Translations under genes and position numbers: made by a program
Notes under the pieces: generated by a model
Databases searched by the model: none
What the model was told of the DNA's origin: nothing
The model's input: the letters and a program-made list of their open reading frames with translations, nothing else
Part shown: positions 62,331 through 64,000 of the stretch, piece by piece
How the letters are laid out: each line of letters opens with the position of its first letter
How positions within the stretch are numbered: the first letter of the stretch is position 1
Source: the human T2T-CHM13v2.0 reference genome, Homo sapiens
DNA: 64,000 bases
Assembly (NCBI RefSeq): GCF_009914755.1
Contig: NC_060927.1
Reading direction: 5' to 3' (one strand)

Positions 62331-63099
62331 AAGTAGCCACCTCTGTCACTGAGGCGAGGAGGGGAAGGGTGGGAATGGCTGATAGTGGCCAACAGGCAGC
62401 CTGTGCAGCGTGTGTGCAGTTCCTGCCTATGAGATGGTGAGAATCATGGAAAGTCATAAGCAAGAGGGAAGACAGAAAAGACCAGGAGACCAAGTGCTGC
62501 TGTGTGAGCTCAGGGCACTCTTCCGAGGTTAGCTATTTTAAATAGTGATAACAGTTACAATGGGGGCAAATTGATGCTGATCAGCAATGCATGTAGACAT
62601 TTAATTATAGTATTTATTTTATAAACAGGGATTTTCTGGAACACAGAGTATTTCCTTTGCAAGAACTGTCCATATTCTTTGTCCACTTACCTGTGGGGTG
62701 GTTGGATTTCTGGTTGATTTGTAGAAGCTCTTTCAATACGAGGGAAATCAGGCCTTGGTCTGTCATGGGTATCCCTGTGTTTTTTCTCAGTTCATAGACA
62801 GATTTTGTGTGTACACAGATTCTTCTTCCTTGCCACATACTGTGTGGGGGAGTGACATTGCTAACTGTCCACCACGTTCTCCAAAAGACCTGTCATCATA
62901 TCCCACCCCTGGCCCAGGGCTGCTGGAAGACTGTGCCACATAGGAGGTGAGGAAAGTATCAGCCAGCAGGTTCTGCCCCAGCCTCTGCACAGAAGCAGAT
63001 GTGTCCCCACAAGGGTGTCCTGATATGTCATGTTCCCTAGTTCCTTAGTCATTGCTCAGGTTATCATGAGCATTTTAGAGAACTTACTTTGTGTTTAAG

Positions 63100-63810
63100 A
63101 AACCTAATGGTATATAAAGCTATAATGACTTTTAATCATATGAAAAGATAGTACAGACGGTGAGAGGGGAAACTGACATGACCTGTTTGGTGGACAATTT
63201 GCAATATCTATTGAAATTAGAAATGCACATGGCTCTGACCCAGCAATTCCACCTTGAGAGTTTATAATAACAATACATTCACACATGTACATAAAGAAGT
63301 ATGTGCAAGGATGTTCATTTCCACATATGGATTGTAAACTCCTCCACGGCAGTGACACTGAATGTCTCATTTTCTACTCTCTATTCCCTAGAACAGTGAC
63401 TGGCACACAATAGACACGAATACAGATTTTTTTTTTTAAACAATGAAGAGTTAAGGGCTGGGAAAACACCTGTGTTTCATGGTTGACTAATTATAGTACC
63501 TCCATAGAATGGAATATTGTACAGTCATGAAGAAGAGGTAGATTGAGGTGTGTGTGATACTGAACCATCTCTAAGGTATAATGTTGTTAACAGCAAGGTG
63601 TAGAGTAGGGCAAGTAGTATGCTGCTATTTGTTTAAAAAGAAAAAAATAACATACATAAATGTGGAAATATGCAAAAACTGTCTCTGCAAAGGTTTATAA
63701 GAATTGCCAATATAGGATGAGAGAGAAACTCTTCACCATTGGCTCTCTTTTGTGGTGGTTGCTTTTTTCATGTGTGTATAATGTATATTGTCTATTCTAA
63801 ATAAGTAAAT
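63100..63810 (+). mobile_element. Ancient L1M fragments
   Basis: tctgacccagcaattccacc, aaggatgttcat and atggaatattgtacagtcat motifs. Confidence 0.65.
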
Positions 63811-64000
63811 AAATGAGGTGCTGTTTCCGAATGCGCTTCAATCAGTTTCTCCTCCGGTAGGGAAGACCGCCACAGGAGCTTTACAGTGCTGTCGTTCTGC
63901 GTAGCCAGAGCCTGCCTGCCTTGCTTGCTTGTTGTGTAGTTCCAGCTTGTCTCCCTTTCTCTGAGTCTTGCCTCGCCACACTCTTTCTTGCCTCGGACCT

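Overview
Primate (human-like), repeat-rich genomic DNA that I recognise as the 3q25 GFM1/RARRES1 locus. The + strand carries the last five coding exons of GFM1 (mitochondrial elongation factor G1; 7918-17390) and its 3' UTR. The - strand carries the complete six-exon RARRES1/TIG1 gene (latexin family; ATG 58346, stop 23601; 294 aa, with a 228-aa intron-4 read-through isoform) and its CpG-island promoter. The rest is intronic or intergenic DNA with about 38 Alu copies or fragments, a Tigger1 transposon, L1/L2/MIR fragments and solo LTRs. Most ORF-track entries are Alu- or GC-derived artefacts. I found no foreign or wholly new gene system. The most interesting unexplained structures are: duplicated 35-nt poison-exon-like cassettes and a third poison-exon candidate in GFM1 intron 15; an Alu insertion that captured an inverted 78-bp copy of nearby RARRES1 intron sequence; a perfect 20-bp-stem hairpin in RARRES1 intron 1; an L2-donated poly(A) signal for the short RARRES1 isoform; and Alu-borne perfect DR2 retinoic-acid elements. 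Exon numbers and repeat subfamilies come from my recall of these genes and families, and repeat boundaries are approximate.
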